Shown: positions 1-10,848, counted from the stretch's first letter. The stretch is DNA of 45,701 nucleotides from Thiotrichales bacterium (GCA_003567955.1 PWYF01000095.1:1-45701), one strand, 5' to 3'. The notes: a model not told the origin generated them from the sequence alone. Numbers and translations: made by a program.

Positions 1-1701
1 ATGCAGAGTCATGAGCTGGACACAGTCATCCCATTCATCGCCCTGACCCTCGCCGGCTTCCAGCGCGGCATGGGCCAGAAATTGATCCAGCGGTGGCAAC
101 TCGGCCAGCACCTCATCTTCCTGGTCGCCTTCAAAGCCGCGCGCGGCGTTGACCAGCTCGCGCAGGTTTTCTACCCGGGCCTCGCCTTTCTCACCTTTTT
201 CCTTTTGCAGGTAATGATCCGTCAGGCCACTGCGTCGAATCGCCACATCCACCTGGGCATGTAGCGCCTGCTCGCCCATCTCCGTGCGCATGTCGCGAAT
301 CAACTCCATGAAGGCCGCCAGTGCGCTGGCGGCGCGGGAACTCAACATGGCGCCCTGAATCATCATGTCAGCGGCCTGCCAGAGGGAAAGATCCTGCTCG
401 CGTGCGCACAGGCGCAGCTGCTCCAGGGTGCGATTGCCCAGCCCCCGCGCCGGCAGGTTCACCACCCGCTCGAAGGAGGCGTCGTCATCCGGGTTGCGCG
501 TCAGACGCAGATAGGCCAGCACATCCTTGATCTCGGCGCGCTCGAAAAAGCGCAGGCCACCATAGACCCGGTAGGGGATATTGGCGCTGACCAGGCGTTC
601 CTCGAAGACCCGCGACTGGGCATTGGAGCGATAGAGAATCGCCATCTCGCGCCGGGCATGGCCATCCTGGCTGAAAGCGCGAATCCGCTCGATCACATAC
701 TCGGCTTCCTCGTATTCATTGTAGGCCGAGAACAGGCTGATGGGCGGCCCCTGCTCGCCCTCGGTCCAGAGGTTCTTGCCCATGCGCTCGCTGTTGTTCG
801 AGATCAGGGCGTTGGCAGCAGTGAGGATGGTCCCGGTGGAGCGATAATTCTGCTCCAGGCGCACAGTGACCGTCGCCGGAAAATCGCGGCCGAAACGCTG
901 CAGATTCTCGACCCGTGCGCCGCGCCAGCTGTAGATGGACTGATCATCATCACCGACGGCAAAAATGCGGCCGTGTTCGGCGGCCAGCAGCTTTAACCAG
1001 GCGTACTGCAGGGTATTGGTATCCTGGAATTCATCCACCAGCACATGCCGGAAGCGCTCACGATAATGTTTCAGCAGTGTGTCATTATCCCGCAGCAACT
1101 CGTGGGCACGCAGCAGCAGCTCGGAGAAGTCCACCAATCCGCCCCGGCGGCAGGTTTCCTCATAAGCACTGTAGATGCGCACCAGTTGGGCGCGGGTGGG
1201 ATCACCACCGTCCTCAAGATGCCGGGCGCGACGGCCTTCTTCCTTGCGGGCATTGATAAAGCCCTGAACCGGGCGCGGTTGCCAGCGATTTTCATCCAGT
1301 TCCAGGCTACGCAGCACCCGGCGCACCACCCGGCGCTGGTCCTCGGCGTCAATAATCTGGAAGCCCTGGGGCAGGCCGGCCTCCTGCCAGTGCTGGCGCA
1401 GCAGGCGGTGAGCCAGACCGTGGAAAGTCCCTACCCACATACCCCCCACCGGCGCCTGCAGCATCTGCTCAATGCGCGAACGCATCTCGCCGGCCGCCTT
1501 GTTGGTGAAGGTCACCGCGAGGATGCTCCAGGGAGACACCCCCTCGGCGGCCACCAGCCAGGCAATGCGGTGCACCAGCACCCGGGTCTTGCCGCTGCCG
1601 GCGCCGGCCAGCACCAGGGTAGCGCCTGGCGGCGCGGTCACGGCCTCACGCTGGCGTTCGTTCAGGGGATCAATAATCGGGGTGACATCCATGCGGCGCA
1701 T
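1..1701 (-). CDS. uvrD: DNA helicase II UvrD (SF1), N-terminal 567 codons; C-terminus lies beyond the left window edge
   Basis: Not in the supplied ORF track. The reverse complement of 1560-1701 reads MRRMDVTPIIDPLNERQREAVTAPPGATLVLAGAGSGKTRVLVHRIAW (Walker A). The reverse complement of 1440-1560 reads AWLVAAEGVSPWSILAVTFTNKAAGEMRSRIEQML. The reverse complement of 1012-1074 reads LKHYRERFRHVLVDEFQDTNT (motif III). The reverse complement of 1-21 reads VQLMTLH. All checked segments share one frame (1701 = 567 x 3). Confidence 0.85.
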   Translation of the reverse strand, partial: MRRMDVTPIIDPLNERQREAVTAPPGATLVLAGAGSGKTRVLVHRIAWLVAAEGVSPWSILAVTFTNKAAGEMRSRIEQMLQAPVGGMWVGTFHGLAHRLLRQHWQEAGLPQGFQIIDAEDQRRVVRRVLRSLELDENRWQPRPVQGFINARKEEGRRARHLEDGGDPTRAQLVRIYSAYEETCRRGGLVDFSELLLRAHELLRDNDTLLKHYRERFRHVLVDEFQDTNTLQYAWLKLLAAEHGRIFAVGDDDQSIYSWRGARVENLQRFGRDFPATVTVRLEQNYRSTGTILTAANALISNNSERMGKNLWTEGEQGPPISLFSAYNEYEEAEYVIERIRAFSQDGHARREMAILYRSNAQSRVFEERLVSANIPYRVYGGLRFFERAEIKDVLAYLRLTRNPDDDASFERVVNLPARGLGNRTLEQLRLCAREQDLSLWQAADMMIQGAMLSSRAASALAAFMELIRDMRTEMGEQALHAQVDVAIRRSGLTDHYLQKEKGEKGEARVENLRELVNAARGFEGDQEDEVLAELPPLDQFLAHAALEAGEGQGDEWDDCVQLMTLH

Positions 1702-1819
1702 TCTACCAACCCGGGAGCATTTGGGGGGCGAACCGGAACTTCATCGGGGTTTAGCACTCAAAGGGATAGAGTGCTAAAATGGCTTTAGTTGAAGAACACA
1801 GGACACAGGGGGTGCAGTG

Positions 1820-2692
1820 ATGAGCGAGATTGCACTGACCAATACTGATATGAGCCGGCTGCCCACACCGACCAGCAGCCTGGACGCCTATATTGCCCGG
1901 ATTTCGCAAATTCCGGTGCTTAGCGCGCCGGATGAACAAGCGCTGGCGCGCCGTCTGCGCGATGAAGGCGACCTGGCCGCCGCGCAGCAGCTGGTGCTGT
2001 CGAACCTGCGCTTTGTGGTGCATATTGCGCGCGGCTACAAAGGCTATGGCCTGGGGCTTGGCGACCTCATCCAGGAGGGCAACATCGGCCTGATGAAAGC
2101 CGTCAAACGCTTTGATCCCGAGCAGGGTGTACGGCTGGTGTCCTTTGCCGTGCACTGGATCCGCGCCGAAATTCACGAGTTCATCCTGCGCAACTGGCGC
2201 ATCGTCAAGGTGGCCACCACCAAGGCCCAGCGCAAGCTGTTCTTCCAGCTGCGCGGCGCCAAGAAGCGCCTGGGCTGGTTCAGCGACGAGGAAGTCAACC
2301 ATGTCGCCGAGGACCTGGGTGTGCCCGCGGCCACCGTACGCGAGATGGAATCCCGCCTCAGCGGGCATGACTGTGCCTGGGACGCCGACAGTGATGACGA
2401 TGAAGACGGTGTCTGGGCGCCGTCGCGGTACGTCAGCGCGCCGGAGGAAGCCGACCCCGCGCGCCAGCACGAGGCCTCGGACTGGCAGGATTACAGCCTG
2501 CGCCAGTTACGTCAGGCCATGGCCAGTCTGGACGAGCGCAGTCGTGACATCATCATGCGTCGCTGGATCAGTGAACCCAAGGCCACGCTGCAGGAAATGG
2601 CGGATGAATACGGGGTTTCAGCCGAGCGCATTCGCCAGATTGAGAACAATGCCGTGCGGCGCATGCGCGAGGCTATCACCCGGGCCGCCTGA
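1820..2692 (+). CDS. rpoH: RNA polymerase sigma-32 heat-shock factor RpoH
   Basis: Sigma-70 region 2 ([19 protein letters not shown]) plus the RpoH-box-like [15 protein letters not shown]. The ATG at 1820 is preceded by AGGGGG; the track start at 1817 is a GTG one codon upstream. Confidence 0.9.
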   Translation: MSEIALTNTDMSRLPTPTSSLDAYIARISQIPVLSAPDEQALARRLRDEGDLAAAQQLVLSNLRFVVHIARGYKGYGLGLGDLIQEGNIGLMKAVKRFDPEQGVRLVSFAVHWIRAEIHEFILRNWRIVKVATTKAQRKLFFQLRGAKKRLGWFSDEEVNHVAEDLGVPAATVREMESRLSGHDCAWDADSDDDEDGVWAPSRYVSAPEEADPARQHEASDWQDYSLRQLRQAMASLDERSRDIIMRRWISEPKATLQEMADEYGVSAERIRQIENNAVRRMREAITRAA

Positions 2693-2729
2693 GCTATCAG
2701 CCTTGAATTACCCGTTCCGTTGCAGCCGG

Positions 2730-3617
2730 TCACACCAGACCGGCCAGTGGCGACAGGTAGTGGTCCACCAGCAAGAAGGTAAACAGGGCCAGCAGGTAGG
2801 TAATGGAGTAACCAAAGGTCTTCATCGCCAGCGCCGGCGTAGGCCGCAGCAGCAGCAAAATGGCATAGGCCAGGAACACCCCCCCCAGCAGCACCGCCCC
2901 GACCAGATAAAACAGCCCGCTCATCCCCATCACCCAGGGCAGCAATGTCACCGGTAGCAGCAGGATGGTGTAAAGCAGGATATGCAGGCGCGTGAAATCA
3001 TCCCCATGGGTCACGGGCAACATGGGAATATCGACCGCAGCATATTCATCCTTGCGGTAGATCGCCAGCGCCCAGAAATGCGGCGGCGTCCATACGAAGA
3101 TGATCAGAAACAGCAACAGGGCATGGGGATGCAACTCGCCGGTCACGGCCGCCCAGCCCAGTACCGGCGGCGCGGCGCCGGCAGCACCGCCGATGACAAT
3201 ATTCTGCGGCGTGGCGCGCTTGAGATAGACCGTATAGATGATGGCGTAGCCGATCAGCGATAGCAGCGTCAGCGCCGCTGTAAGCGGATTAACCAACCCC
3301 ACCAGCACAGCCATCGCCAACACGCCAAGCACCAGAGCAAAAACCAGGCTGCGCCCGGCCTGCAGACTGCCGGTAGGCAGTGGCCGCCCCTGAGTGCGGG
3401 CCATGCTGGCATCCTCACGGCGGTCAAGAATATGGTTGATGACCGCCGCTGATGCCGCCGCCAGACCAATACCCAGGGTGCCGAAAACCAGTGCATCCCA
3501 CGGCACCATGCCGGGGGTGGACAGAAACATGCCCACCACCGCGGTGAACACGATCAACGCCACCACCTTGGGCTTGGTTAGCTGGTAGTAGCTGTTCAGT
3601 TGCTCGCTGAGCGTCAT
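2730..3617 (-). CDS. cyoE: Protoheme IX farnesyltransferase (heme O synthase)
   Basis: Polytopic UbiA-family protein ([42 protein letters not shown]). It is the last gene of the cox cluster and overlaps the ctaA stop. Confidence 0.9.
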   Translation of the reverse strand: MTLSEQLNSYYQLTKPKVVALIVFTAVVGMFLSTPGMVPWDALVFGTLGIGLAAASAAVINHILDRREDASMARTQGRPLPTGSLQAGRSLVFALVLGVLAMAVLVGLVNPLTAALTLLSLIGYAIIYTVYLKRATPQNIVIGGAAGAAPPVLGWAAVTGELHPHALLLFLIIFVWTPPHFWALAIYRKDEYAAVDIPMLPVTHGDDFTRLHILLYTILLLPVTLLPWVMGMSGLFYLVGAVLLGGVFLAYAILLLLRPTPALAMKTFGYSITYLLALFTFLLVDHYLSPLAGLV

Positions 3618-4651
3618 CCCTTCCCCGCGCCGGGTGCTGTCTTATCCGGATGGCCGGCATGCACCACATGGTTAGCCAGTAGCACGGCCAACAGTAACAA
3701 AGCAGCGCCGGCATTGTGCAGGGTCGCCAGCCACAGCGGCAGATGCCAGAGCACGGTGAAGATACCGATCAGCACCTGCGCAGTCAGGGCCATGGCCAGC
3801 AGGGCGCCAGCGGTACGTACTTCCGGCACCCGCCCGTAGCGCAGCAGTAACCACAGCGCCAGCAGACCCAACCAGACAGCCGTAACCACTGCACCGACGC
3901 GGTGAGTCATGTGAATGGCGACACGCGCGGGGCCGTCCAGAACGCCCCCTTCATAGTTCATACCCAGCTCCCGCCACAGCACAAAGCCCTCGGCATAATC
4001 CGCCTCTGGCCACCATTCGCCCTGACAGGTGGGAAAATCGGGACAGGCCAGCGCAGCGTAATTGGTACTGGTCCAGCCCCCCAGCAGAATCTGCGCCACC
4101 AGAATAATCAGCCCGACACCGGTAAACAGTTTCAGTCCGACCCCGCCCGGCTGGTGTACAGGCGCCAGATAATTACCATAGCGCAACACCAGCCAGCCCA
4201 GCAGCCCGAGTATGGTCATACCCCCGGCCAGGTGCGCCAGCACAATGGCCGGCTTGAGCAGCATGGTCACCGTCCACATCCCCAGCAGGGACTGGAAGAT
4301 CACCAGCGCCAGCAACAGCAGGGGTACTACTACCGGCTGGCCCGGATCGCGCCGGTAACGCACCGCCACAATGGCCAGGAACAGGATCAACAGTCCCAGT
4401 GTGCCGGCGGCATAGCGGTGGATCATCTCAATCCAGGCCTTGTCCGTTTCCACCGTCCAGCCGGGGAAGGCTTCCTCGGCCTGCTGGATCTGTTCCGGCG
4501 CCTGCGGCGCAGTCAAAAATCCATAGCAGCCCGGCCAGTCGGGGCAACCCAAACCGGCATCAGAGAGCCGCGTAAAGGCGCCCAACACCACCACAATAAA
4601 GGTGAGCACCAGGGCAAACAGGGAAACACGGTTGAACCAGCTTCTGCGCAT
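3614..4651 (-). CDS. ctaA: Heme A synthase (COX15/CtaA)
   Basis: 345-aa polytopic membrane protein with paired Cys ([18 protein letters not shown]) and conserved His residues. Position between the SCO gene and cyoE fits. Confidence 0.85.
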   Translation of the reverse strand: MRRSWFNRVSLFALVLTFIVVVLGAFTRLSDAGLGCPDWPGCYGFLTAPQAPEQIQQAEEAFPGWTVETDKAWIEMIHRYAAGTLGLLILFLAIVAVRYRRDPGQPVVVPLLLLALVIFQSLLGMWTVTMLLKPAIVLAHLAGGMTILGLLGWLVLRYGNYLAPVHQPGGVGLKLFTGVGLIILVAQILLGGWTSTNYAALACPDFPTCQGEWWPEADYAEGFVLWRELGMNYEGGVLDGPARVAIHMTHRVGAVVTAVWLGLLALWLLLRYGRVPEVRTAGALLAMALTAQVLIGIFTVLWHLPLWLATLHNAGAALLLLAVLLANHVVHAGHPDKTAPGAGKG

Positions 4652-4655
4652 GGGG

Positions 4656-5276
4656 CTATCCTATTCTGGAAACACGTAACAGATGGTTAAGGTCGTCGCG
4701 AATATCCCGCGGATCCACTTCCGGTGAAAAGCTCATCACAATATTTCCCAGCGGATCGACAATATAGATCCGGTTGGCGCCCACCGGATGCTCGCCGTTC
4801 TCATGGCGAAACTGCTCCAGCCAGTCCCGCCGGGCTTGAGGTACAGCCGCCGTGATATCCGGGTGACCTTCCAGGCGCGCTTCCAGCGCCTCTCCCGATG
4901 GCCATTCCGGCAACAGATACAAACGTTGCACGCGATGGATTTCCCGCCCCATGGCGGTGCGGATCTGGCGCGTAAAGTACAGCCGATCCCGGCACAGTTC
5001 ATCACACTGACGTGAGCCGATATATACCAGAGTCCAGTGCCCCTGAAACAACGACCCGTCCAGCGCCTGACCGTAGGCATCTGTCAGCACGACATTTTCC
5101 AGCGGACGCGCCGGCTGAAACAGATCGCCATGACTGCCACTGCCGGCCCCGGCGGGACGCCAGTCATCCACATTGGCATACCATAGCCAGGCGATCACCA
5201 GTGGCCCCAGGAAGCACAGCGCCAGAATCACCAGCTTGAGGCGCGACAGCACCAGCTTGCGTTGCGGATCAGCCAT
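4656..5276 (-). CDS. SCO1/SenC-family copper chaperone / thioredoxin-fold protein
   Basis: N-terminal TM anchor, a CxxxC motif (CDELC) in a thioredoxin-like context (HWTLVYIGSRQCDELC), and cox-cluster context. Confidence 0.7.
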   Translation of the reverse strand: MADPQRKLVLSRLKLVILALCFLGPLVIAWLWYANVDDWRPAGAGSGSHGDLFQPARPLENVVLTDAYGQALDGSLFQGHWTLVYIGSRQCDELCRDRLYFTRQIRTAMGREIHRVQRLYLLPEWPSGEALEARLEGHPDITAAVPQARRDWLEQFRHENGEHPVGANRIYIVDPLGNIVMSFSPEVDPRDIRDDLNHLLRVSRIG

Positions 5277-6024
5277 TATCTCCAGACTCCCGTCCCCGGC
5301 GCATATTGATCACAAGGCAAATCACCAGCAGCGCCAGCGCCATGCCAAACCACTGCACCGCATAGCCATAGTGGCGCACCGGGCCCGACACCGCCGGTCG
5401 CCAGTCTCGCCGATACCCCTGCGGCTCTTCGGGCCCCAGTAACAACATCAACTGGGCCACCGGTTCATCCAGAACCGCGGCCAGATCCTCCGGCCTTGGA
5501 TAATTCACCCGCCGCGGCCAGCCTTGCTGTGCCGGCACAGATTCGCCCAGACGCAGCCCGGGACGCGGATACCGGCGAAGCAGCCCGCTGACATCCACCC
5601 GCCCGCCGTCCAGATCAATGTCCGGCAGGCGGTCACGGGTCCGGCCTCGCGGTACCCAACCGCGATTGACAATGACAATGGTGCCATCTGTCAACCGCAG
5701 GGGCGTCAGTATCTCATAGCCATCCTGGCCATCCCGGGGGCGATTTTCCATCACAAACTGCCGCCGACTGTCATATTGCCCCCGCAGCCTGGCCGGCTCA
5801 TACACCGGTCCTTCGGCCCCCTCCGCCAGTCGGCTGAGCTCCCTGCCGGAACGCAGCAGTTCGGGTTGCACGGTGAGGGCCTGTTCAAAACGCTCGAACA
5901 GCGCCTCCTTTTCCCCGGCCCGGTCGAGTTGCCAAAAACCCAGCCCGATCATCATGACCATCACCACCAGCGCGAGGAGGGTCATGGCCGGGGAAAGTCG
6001 CCATTTAAAAAGACCGTTCAGCAT
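5269..6024 (-). CDS. SURF1-family cytochrome oxidase assembly protein
   Basis: Two terminal TM helices flank a periplasmic domain (GFWQLDRAGEKEALF ... VNRGWVPR ... HYGYAVQWF), the typical SURF1/Shy1 signature. Cox-cluster context. Confidence 0.8.
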   Translation of the reverse strand: MLNGLFKWRLSPAMTLLALVVMVMMIGLGFWQLDRAGEKEALFERFEQALTVQPELLRSGRELSRLAEGAEGPVYEPARLRGQYDSRRQFVMENRPRDGQDGYEILTPLRLTDGTIVIVNRGWVPRGRTRDRLPDIDLDGGRVDVSGLLRRYPRPGLRLGESVPAQQGWPRRVNYPRPEDLAAVLDEPVAQLMLLLGPEEPQGYRRDWRPAVSGPVRHYGYAVQWFGMALALLVICLVINMRRGRESGDNG

Positions 6025-6108
6025 GCGTCGATCCCCGGCACCCCTGCCGTCAGTCCCGCAGCCACGTTATACTGGACAGTCTCACAGTCGCCGGACAGGA
6101 TTGCCCTG

Positions 6109-6333
6109 ATGCTGATCAAGCTTCTCATCGTTCTGACCCTGATCGCCATTGTCTTCAGCCTGGGGGCCGGTTTTTTCTCGCTGATGCGGGATAAAAGCGA
6201 CAGCCGGTCACGGGGCACTGTACGCGCGCTGAGCTGGCGCATTGGCCTGTCGATTTTCCTGTTCGTGCTTATCATACTGGGTATTCTCACCGGCGTGATT
6301 GAACCCAACCCCTCACCGCTGGCGACCAGTTAA
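6109..6333 (+). CDS. Twin-transmembrane-helix small protein (DUF2909-like), 74 aa
   Basis: Only the last 74 codons of track ORF 5524..6333 look real (MLIKLLIVLTLIAIVFSLGAGFF...LSIFLFVLIILGILTG). There are two hydrophobic helices and the ATG is at 6109. A gene of this type commonly sits between coxC and SURF1 in proteobacterial cox clusters. Confidence 0.6.
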   Translation: MLIKLLIVLTLIAIVFSLGAGFFSLMRDKSDSRSRGTVRALSWRIGLSIFLFVLIILGILTGVIEPNPSPLATS

Positions 6334-6350
6334 ATCCTGGTCAAAGCACA

Positions 6351-6374
6351 ACGGGCGCCCCTGGGGACGCCCGT
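6351..6374. terminator. Hairpin between the convergent DUF2909 gene and coxC (ACGGGCG-N10-CGCCCGT), no U-tract
   Basis: A 7-bp GC-rich inverted repeat read directly. It lies in the 69-bp gap between two convergent stop codons. Confidence 0.4.
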
Positions 6375-6402
6375 CTGAGTTCTCCAATCCCGCCGACGTC
6401 CG

Positions 6403-7278
6403 TCAAAGTATGTAGACGAAGATAAACACGCCTACCCAGACCACATCAACGAAGTGCCAGTACCAGGCGCCGGCCTCAAAGGCGAAGTGATTATCCGCCG
6501 ACATATGGCCCTTGATCAGGCGTATCAATATGACGGCCAGGATAATCGCGCCCAGAGTCACGTGCAGCCCATGGAAGCCGGTCAGCATGAAGAAGGTGGA
6601 GCCGTAGATGCCGCTTTCCAGCGTCAGGTTCAGGTCCTGATAGGCATGCACGTATTCGTAGCCCTGGATAAACAGGAAAATCACACCCAGCGCCACCGTG
6701 GCGGCCAGCCAGTTGATGACCTTCTGGCGGTTGTCTTCCTTGATCGCATGGTGGGCGATTGTCAGGGTCCAGCTACTGGTGAGCAGGATGGCGGTATTAA
6801 TCGCCGGCAGCCCCCAGGCCCCCATGGCAATAAACTCGCCACCCAATTCCAGTGGCCCGGCGGTGGGCCAGGTGGCGGCAAAATCAGGCCACAACAGGTT
6901 TCCGGTCAACCCTTTTTCGCCCTCGCCACCGAGCCAGGAAATGGCAAAAGTGCGGGCATAGAACAAGGCGCCAAAGAAAGCTCCGAAGAACATCCCCTCC
7001 GAGAAGATGAACCAGCCCATGGCCCAGCGGTAGGTGCGCTCGACCTGGGCATTGTACAAACCGGCAACGCTCTCGTTGATGACATCGCGGAACCAGCCGA
7101 ACACCATCACCAGCAATGTTGCGGCACCGGCAATGGACACCCAGCTGCCTACGCCGTGGCCATTGAGGGCCATGGCGAAGCCACCGGCCAGCAGGAACAG
7201 CCCCACCGACCCCACCATCGGCCAGTAACTGCCGTGGGGCACGTAATAGACATTCTTGTAGTCTGACGCATGCGCCAT
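6403..7278 (-). CDS. coxC: Cytochrome c oxidase subunit III
   Basis: 291-aa 7-TM protein ending FEAGAWYWHFVDVVWVGVFIFVYIL, the canonical subunit III C-terminus. Confidence 0.9.
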   Translation of the reverse strand: MAHASDYKNVYYVPHGSYWPMVGSVGLFLLAGGFAMALNGHGVGSWVSIAGAATLLVMVFGWFRDVINESVAGLYNAQVERTYRWAMGWFIFSEGMFFGAFFGALFYARTFAISWLGGEGEKGLTGNLLWPDFAATWPTAGPLELGGEFIAMGAWGLPAINTAILLTSSWTLTIAHHAIKEDNRQKVINWLAATVALGVIFLFIQGYEYVHAYQDLNLTLESGIYGSTFFMLTGFHGLHVTLGAIILAVILIRLIKGHMSADNHFAFEAGAWYWHFVDVVWVGVFIFVYIL

Positions 7279-7374
7279 GGATCTACCCCTTCATGGTCTT
7301 TAGGTCTTGTCTGCGGAGACGACTGCAGGCAGCCGGACCCCGAAGTCCCCTGTTTGCCCCCCGCGGGACATTGA

Positions 7375-7962
7375 TCACCAGGTTGTGCTATCCACATCCA
7401 CAGCCGCACTCGTGCCTGCAGGCGTGGCATCAAAAAAGGTGTAGGCCAGCGTCACCCGGTCGACATGCTCGGGCAGCCCGGGATCCACCACGAAGCGTAC
7501 CGGCATATAACGACCCTGACCGGCCTCAAAAAGCTGTTCCACAAAACAGAAGCATTCCAGCTTGTGCAAGTGAGACGACGCCCGGGTCGGCGTAATACTC
7601 GGAATCGCCTGACCGATCATATCCTGATCGCGCAGGTTGCGCGCATAATAGGTCATCACATGGGGCTCGCCCGGATGCACCTCTATGGTGCGGGTCTCGG
7701 CGCGAAACTCCCAGGGCATGCGCTGGTTCAGCGAGGCGGTGAACTCCACTGTCACCGTGCGTGATTCGTCCACCACCCAGTCCTGCTCCTCGGCGGCCAC
7801 CAGCTCCACGCTGCCGGGCCCGATGCCGGTAATCTCGCAGAACACGTCGTACAGAGGCACCAGCGCATAACCGAAACCAAACATGGCCACCACCAGCACC
7901 GACAACTTGCCGGCCAGGCGCAGATTACTCTTGCTGCGTTGCTGCTGCTGTTCCTCACTCAT
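7375..7962 (-). CDS. ctaG: Cytochrome c oxidase assembly protein CtaG/Cox11
   Basis: N-terminal TM helix followed by the YDVFCEITG motif and a CFCF copper-binding motif ([10 protein letters not shown]). Confidence 0.9.
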   Translation of the reverse strand: MSEEQQQQRSKSNLRLAGKLSVLVVAMFGFGYALVPLYDVFCEITGIGPGSVELVAAEEQDWVVDESRTVTVEFTASLNQRMPWEFRAETRTIEVHPGEPHVMTYYARNLRDQDMIGQAIPSITPTRASSHLHKLECFCFVEQLFEAGQGRYMPVRFVVDPGLPEHVDRVTLAYTFFDATPAGTSAAVDVDSTTW

Positions 7963-8096
7963 GCCCGCTGCCCCATCATGATGATAAAGACGACATAGAC
8001 ACTGACCGCAACCACCGCCAGCAATATCCCCGTCAACACGACCGACCGGCGTCGCCGACGCAGGCGTTCGGCTTCACTGACATTGTTTTCGTCCAT
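7959..8096 (-). CDS. Unlisted 45-aa single-TM micro-ORF between coxA and ctaG
   Basis: Hand translation gives [50 protein letters not shown] lies 4 nt upstream of the ATG. The stop TGA overlaps the ctaG ATG (ATGA coupling). It starts 24 nt after the coxA stop and is below the track size cut-off. Confidence 0.4.
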   Translation of the reverse strand: MDENNVSEAERLRRRRRSVVLTGILLAVVAVSVYVVFIIMMGQRA

Positions 8097-8120
8097 CCGG
8101 CCTCCGGCCTGCCCTGCTCG

Positions 8121-9710
8121 CTAGCGCACCGCAGGCGGTGTGGTAAAGGTATGGTAGGGCGCCGGTGAGGGCACCTCGAACTCCAGACCTTCGGACCCTT
8201 CCCAGACACGGTCACTGGCCTTTTCACCGGCCCGGCTCACGCTCCGGATCACGATATACAGGAAGATCAGCTGCGACAGGCCAAAGCCGATTGCACCCAC
8301 GGTCGCCATCTGGTTAAAGGTGGTGAACTGCAGGGCATAGTCCGGGATACGCCGCGGCATGCCTGCCAGGCCGATGAAGTGCATGGGGAAGAAGGTCAGG
8401 TTGACGAAAATGGTCGTCAGCCAGAAATGCAACTTGCCCAGCACCTCGCTGTACATCACCCCGGTCCACTTGGGCAGCCAGTAATACACGCCGGCCATAA
8501 TCGCAAACACCGAACCCGGTACCAGCACATAGTGGAAATGCGCCACCACAAAATAGGAGTCATGGTACTGGAAGTCAGCCGGGACAATGGCCAGCATCAG
8601 CCCGGACAACCCGCCAATGGTAAACATAAACACAAAGCCGAGCGCGAACAGCATGGGCGTTTCAAAAGTCATCGCGCTGCGCCACATGGTCGCCAGCCAG
8701 TTAAAGATTTTCACGCCCGTGGGCACGGCGATCAGCATGGTGGCAAACATGAAGAACAATGCGGCGGCCAGCGGCATGCCGACGGTGAACATGTGATGCG
8801 CCCAGACAATGAACGACAGGAAGGCAATCGCTGCCATGGCGTAGACCATCGAGGCCTTGCCAAACAACGGCTTGCGACAAAAGGCCGGGATAATATGCGA
8901 GATAATGCCAAAGGCCGGCAGGATCAGGATATACACTTCCGGGTGACCGAAGAACCAGAAGATATGCTGGAACAGGACCGGGTCACCGCCCCCGGCCGCG
9001 CTAAAGAAGGCAGTGCCGAAGAACTTGTCGGTGAACAGCATGGTTACTGCCCCGGCCAGCACCGGCATCACCGCGATCAGCAGATAGGCGGTAATCAACC
9101 AGGACCATACGAACAGCGGCATTTTCATCAGGGTCATGCCCGGTGCGCGCATATTCAGAATGGTGGCCACGATATTGATCGCACCCATGATGGAGGAAAT
9201 CCCCATCAGGTGAATGGACAGAATCAAAAACGGGAAGGCCTCACCGGTCTGCAACACCAGTGGCGGATACATGGTCCAGCCCAAAGCCGGCGCCCCGCCC
9301 GGCATGAACAACGTACTCAGCAGCAGGGTAAAGGCAAAGGGCAGAATCCAGAAACCCCAGTTATTGACTCGTGGCAGGGCCATATCCGGCGCGCCAATCA
9401 TCATCGGCAACAACCAGTTGGCCAGCCCCACAAAGGCCGGCATCACCGCCCCGAAAATCATGATCAGGGCGTGCATGGTGGTCATCTGGTTGAAAAACTC
9501 GGGCTGCACCAGACTCAATCCCGGCTGGAACAGCTCGGCGCGGATCACCAGCGCCATGGAACCACCCACGAAGAACATGATCAGGCTGAACCACAGGTAC
9601 AGCGTGCCCAGGTCCTTGTGGTTGGTGGTCGTCACCCACCGCATCAGGCCGGGCGCGGGGCCGTCGTGATGCGCGTCGTGATGTTCGTCAGCCGTTGCCG
9701 AATAAGCCAT
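8121..9710 (-). CDS. coxA: Cytochrome c oxidase subunit I (aa3-type)
   Basis: 529-aa, 12-TM heme-copper oxidase core ([33 protein letters not shown]). Confidence 0.95.
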   Translation of the reverse strand: MAYSATADEHHDAHHDGPAPGLMRWVTTTNHKDLGTLYLWFSLIMFFVGGSMALVIRAELFQPGLSLVQPEFFNQMTTMHALIMIFGAVMPAFVGLANWLLPMMIGAPDMALPRVNNWGFWILPFAFTLLLSTLFMPGGAPALGWTMYPPLVLQTGEAFPFLILSIHLMGISSIMGAINIVATILNMRAPGMTLMKMPLFVWSWLITAYLLIAVMPVLAGAVTMLFTDKFFGTAFFSAAGGGDPVLFQHIFWFFGHPEVYILILPAFGIISHIIPAFCRKPLFGKASMVYAMAAIAFLSFIVWAHHMFTVGMPLAAALFFMFATMLIAVPTGVKIFNWLATMWRSAMTFETPMLFALGFVFMFTIGGLSGLMLAIVPADFQYHDSYFVVAHFHYVLVPGSVFAIMAGVYYWLPKWTGVMYSEVLGKLHFWLTTIFVNLTFFPMHFIGLAGMPRRIPDYALQFTTFNQMATVGAIGFGLSQLIFLYIVIRSVSRAGEKASDRVWEGSEGLEFEVPSPAPYHTFTTPPAVR

Positions 9711-9764
9711 CGCTTGTACTCTCCAGGAGCTTGATGATAATCAGCGCGCCGCGCGCGTCATCTA

Positions 9765-10577
9765 TTATTCCGTGTCCGTGCGTTCAGCCACCCAGGCCTC
9801 GAATTCGGCCGGTTCCTTGGCAATCACCACCACGGGCATGAAGGCGTGGCCGCGTCCGCACAATTCCGCGCACTGGCCACGGTAGATGCCGGGTTCCTCG
9901 ACATTGACCCACATTTCGTTGATGAAACCGGGGATCGCATCTTTCTTGAGCGCGAACTCGGGCACCCACCAGGCATGAATCACATCCCCGGCGGTCAGCA
10001 GCAGACGCACCCGGGTGTTGGTCGGAATCACCATGGGCTCATCCACATTGAGCAGATAGTACTCCACATCGAGCGGGCTCAGATCACTGCCAAGCTGATA
10101 GGCCCGGGTACTGTCGGCATCGAGGTTGCTGAAGAACTCAATGTCGTGATCAAGGTAGTCGTAGTGCCAGTTCCACTGATAGCCGGTGATCTTGACCGTC
10201 ATCTCAGCGCCACTGGTGTCTTCCATCTTGACCAGCGTGGCCGTGGCCGGAATCGCCACCGCCACCAGAATCATGAAGGGAATCACCGTCCAGATAATTT
10301 CCACGGAGGTGCTTTCATGCCATTTGGCCGGCTCTGCCCCGCGCGACTTGCGGTGCAGGATGATCGAGGCAAGCATAATGATGAACACCAGCGCGCCAAT
10401 CACTGCACAGATAATCAACATCATCATGTGCAGCCCGTACACCTCACGGCTGATCTCGGTCACGCCCTCCGGCATGTTCATGGGCGGCCATCCCGCCGCC
10501 ATGGCGCTGCTGCTCAGCAGCAATGCAAAAGCGGCCAGCAGGCCCGCCCCGGCGAACTTGAGTCGGTTCGTCGACAT
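9765..10577 (-). CDS. coxB: Cytochrome c oxidase subunit II (CuA), without a fused cytochrome c domain
   Basis: Signal peptide, two TM helices and a CuA site (HAWWVPEF ... CAELCGRGHAFM). The 270-aa length leaves no room for a C-terminal CxxCH domain. Confidence 0.9.
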   Translation of the reverse strand: MSTNRLKFAGAGLLAAFALLLSSSAMAAGWPPMNMPEGVTEISREVYGLHMMMLIICAVIGALVFIIMLASIILHRKSRGAEPAKWHESTSVEIIWTVIPFMILVAVAIPATATLVKMEDTSGAEMTVKITGYQWNWHYDYLDHDIEFFSNLDADSTRAYQLGSDLSPLDVEYYLLNVDEPMVIPTNTRVRLLLTAGDVIHAWWVPEFALKKDAIPGFINEMWVNVEEPGIYRGQCAELCGRGHAFMPVVVIAKEPAEFEAWVAERTDTE

Positions 10578-10848
10578 GCCTTGTGTACTCCTCAGGCCAT
10601 ACTCTGGTTAATCGGGCAGCTCAACAGACACTTGCAGGGGCAGTAACACCGCAGCCGCTGCATGATGCCGCACGACCGACCATAACCCCATACCAAAAAA
10701 CAAGAAGACTGATCTCCAGCCCTGCAAACGCCCCGAATTTACTGATGCATCCTGTTTCCGCAACGGCCGATAACGTGTTATCCACCAGCCGCCAGAAGCG
10801 GGAAAATGCTACTTCATGCGCGCCCCGGGCGCAACCTGCAGTGATTCA

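Noticed and set aside
8379-9734. 451-aa His/Arg/Gly/Gln-rich ORF antisense to coxA. Similar antisense ORFs occur at 12744..14018, 25972..27018, 28290..29465, 29653..30513, 32724..33794 and 34110..35144.
   Set aside because: Each lies opposite a gene with strong family motifs (coxA, GMC oxidoreductase, fmt, trkA, trkH, ACAD, tatC) and has low-complexity, motif-free composition. I treat them as non-coding shadows.
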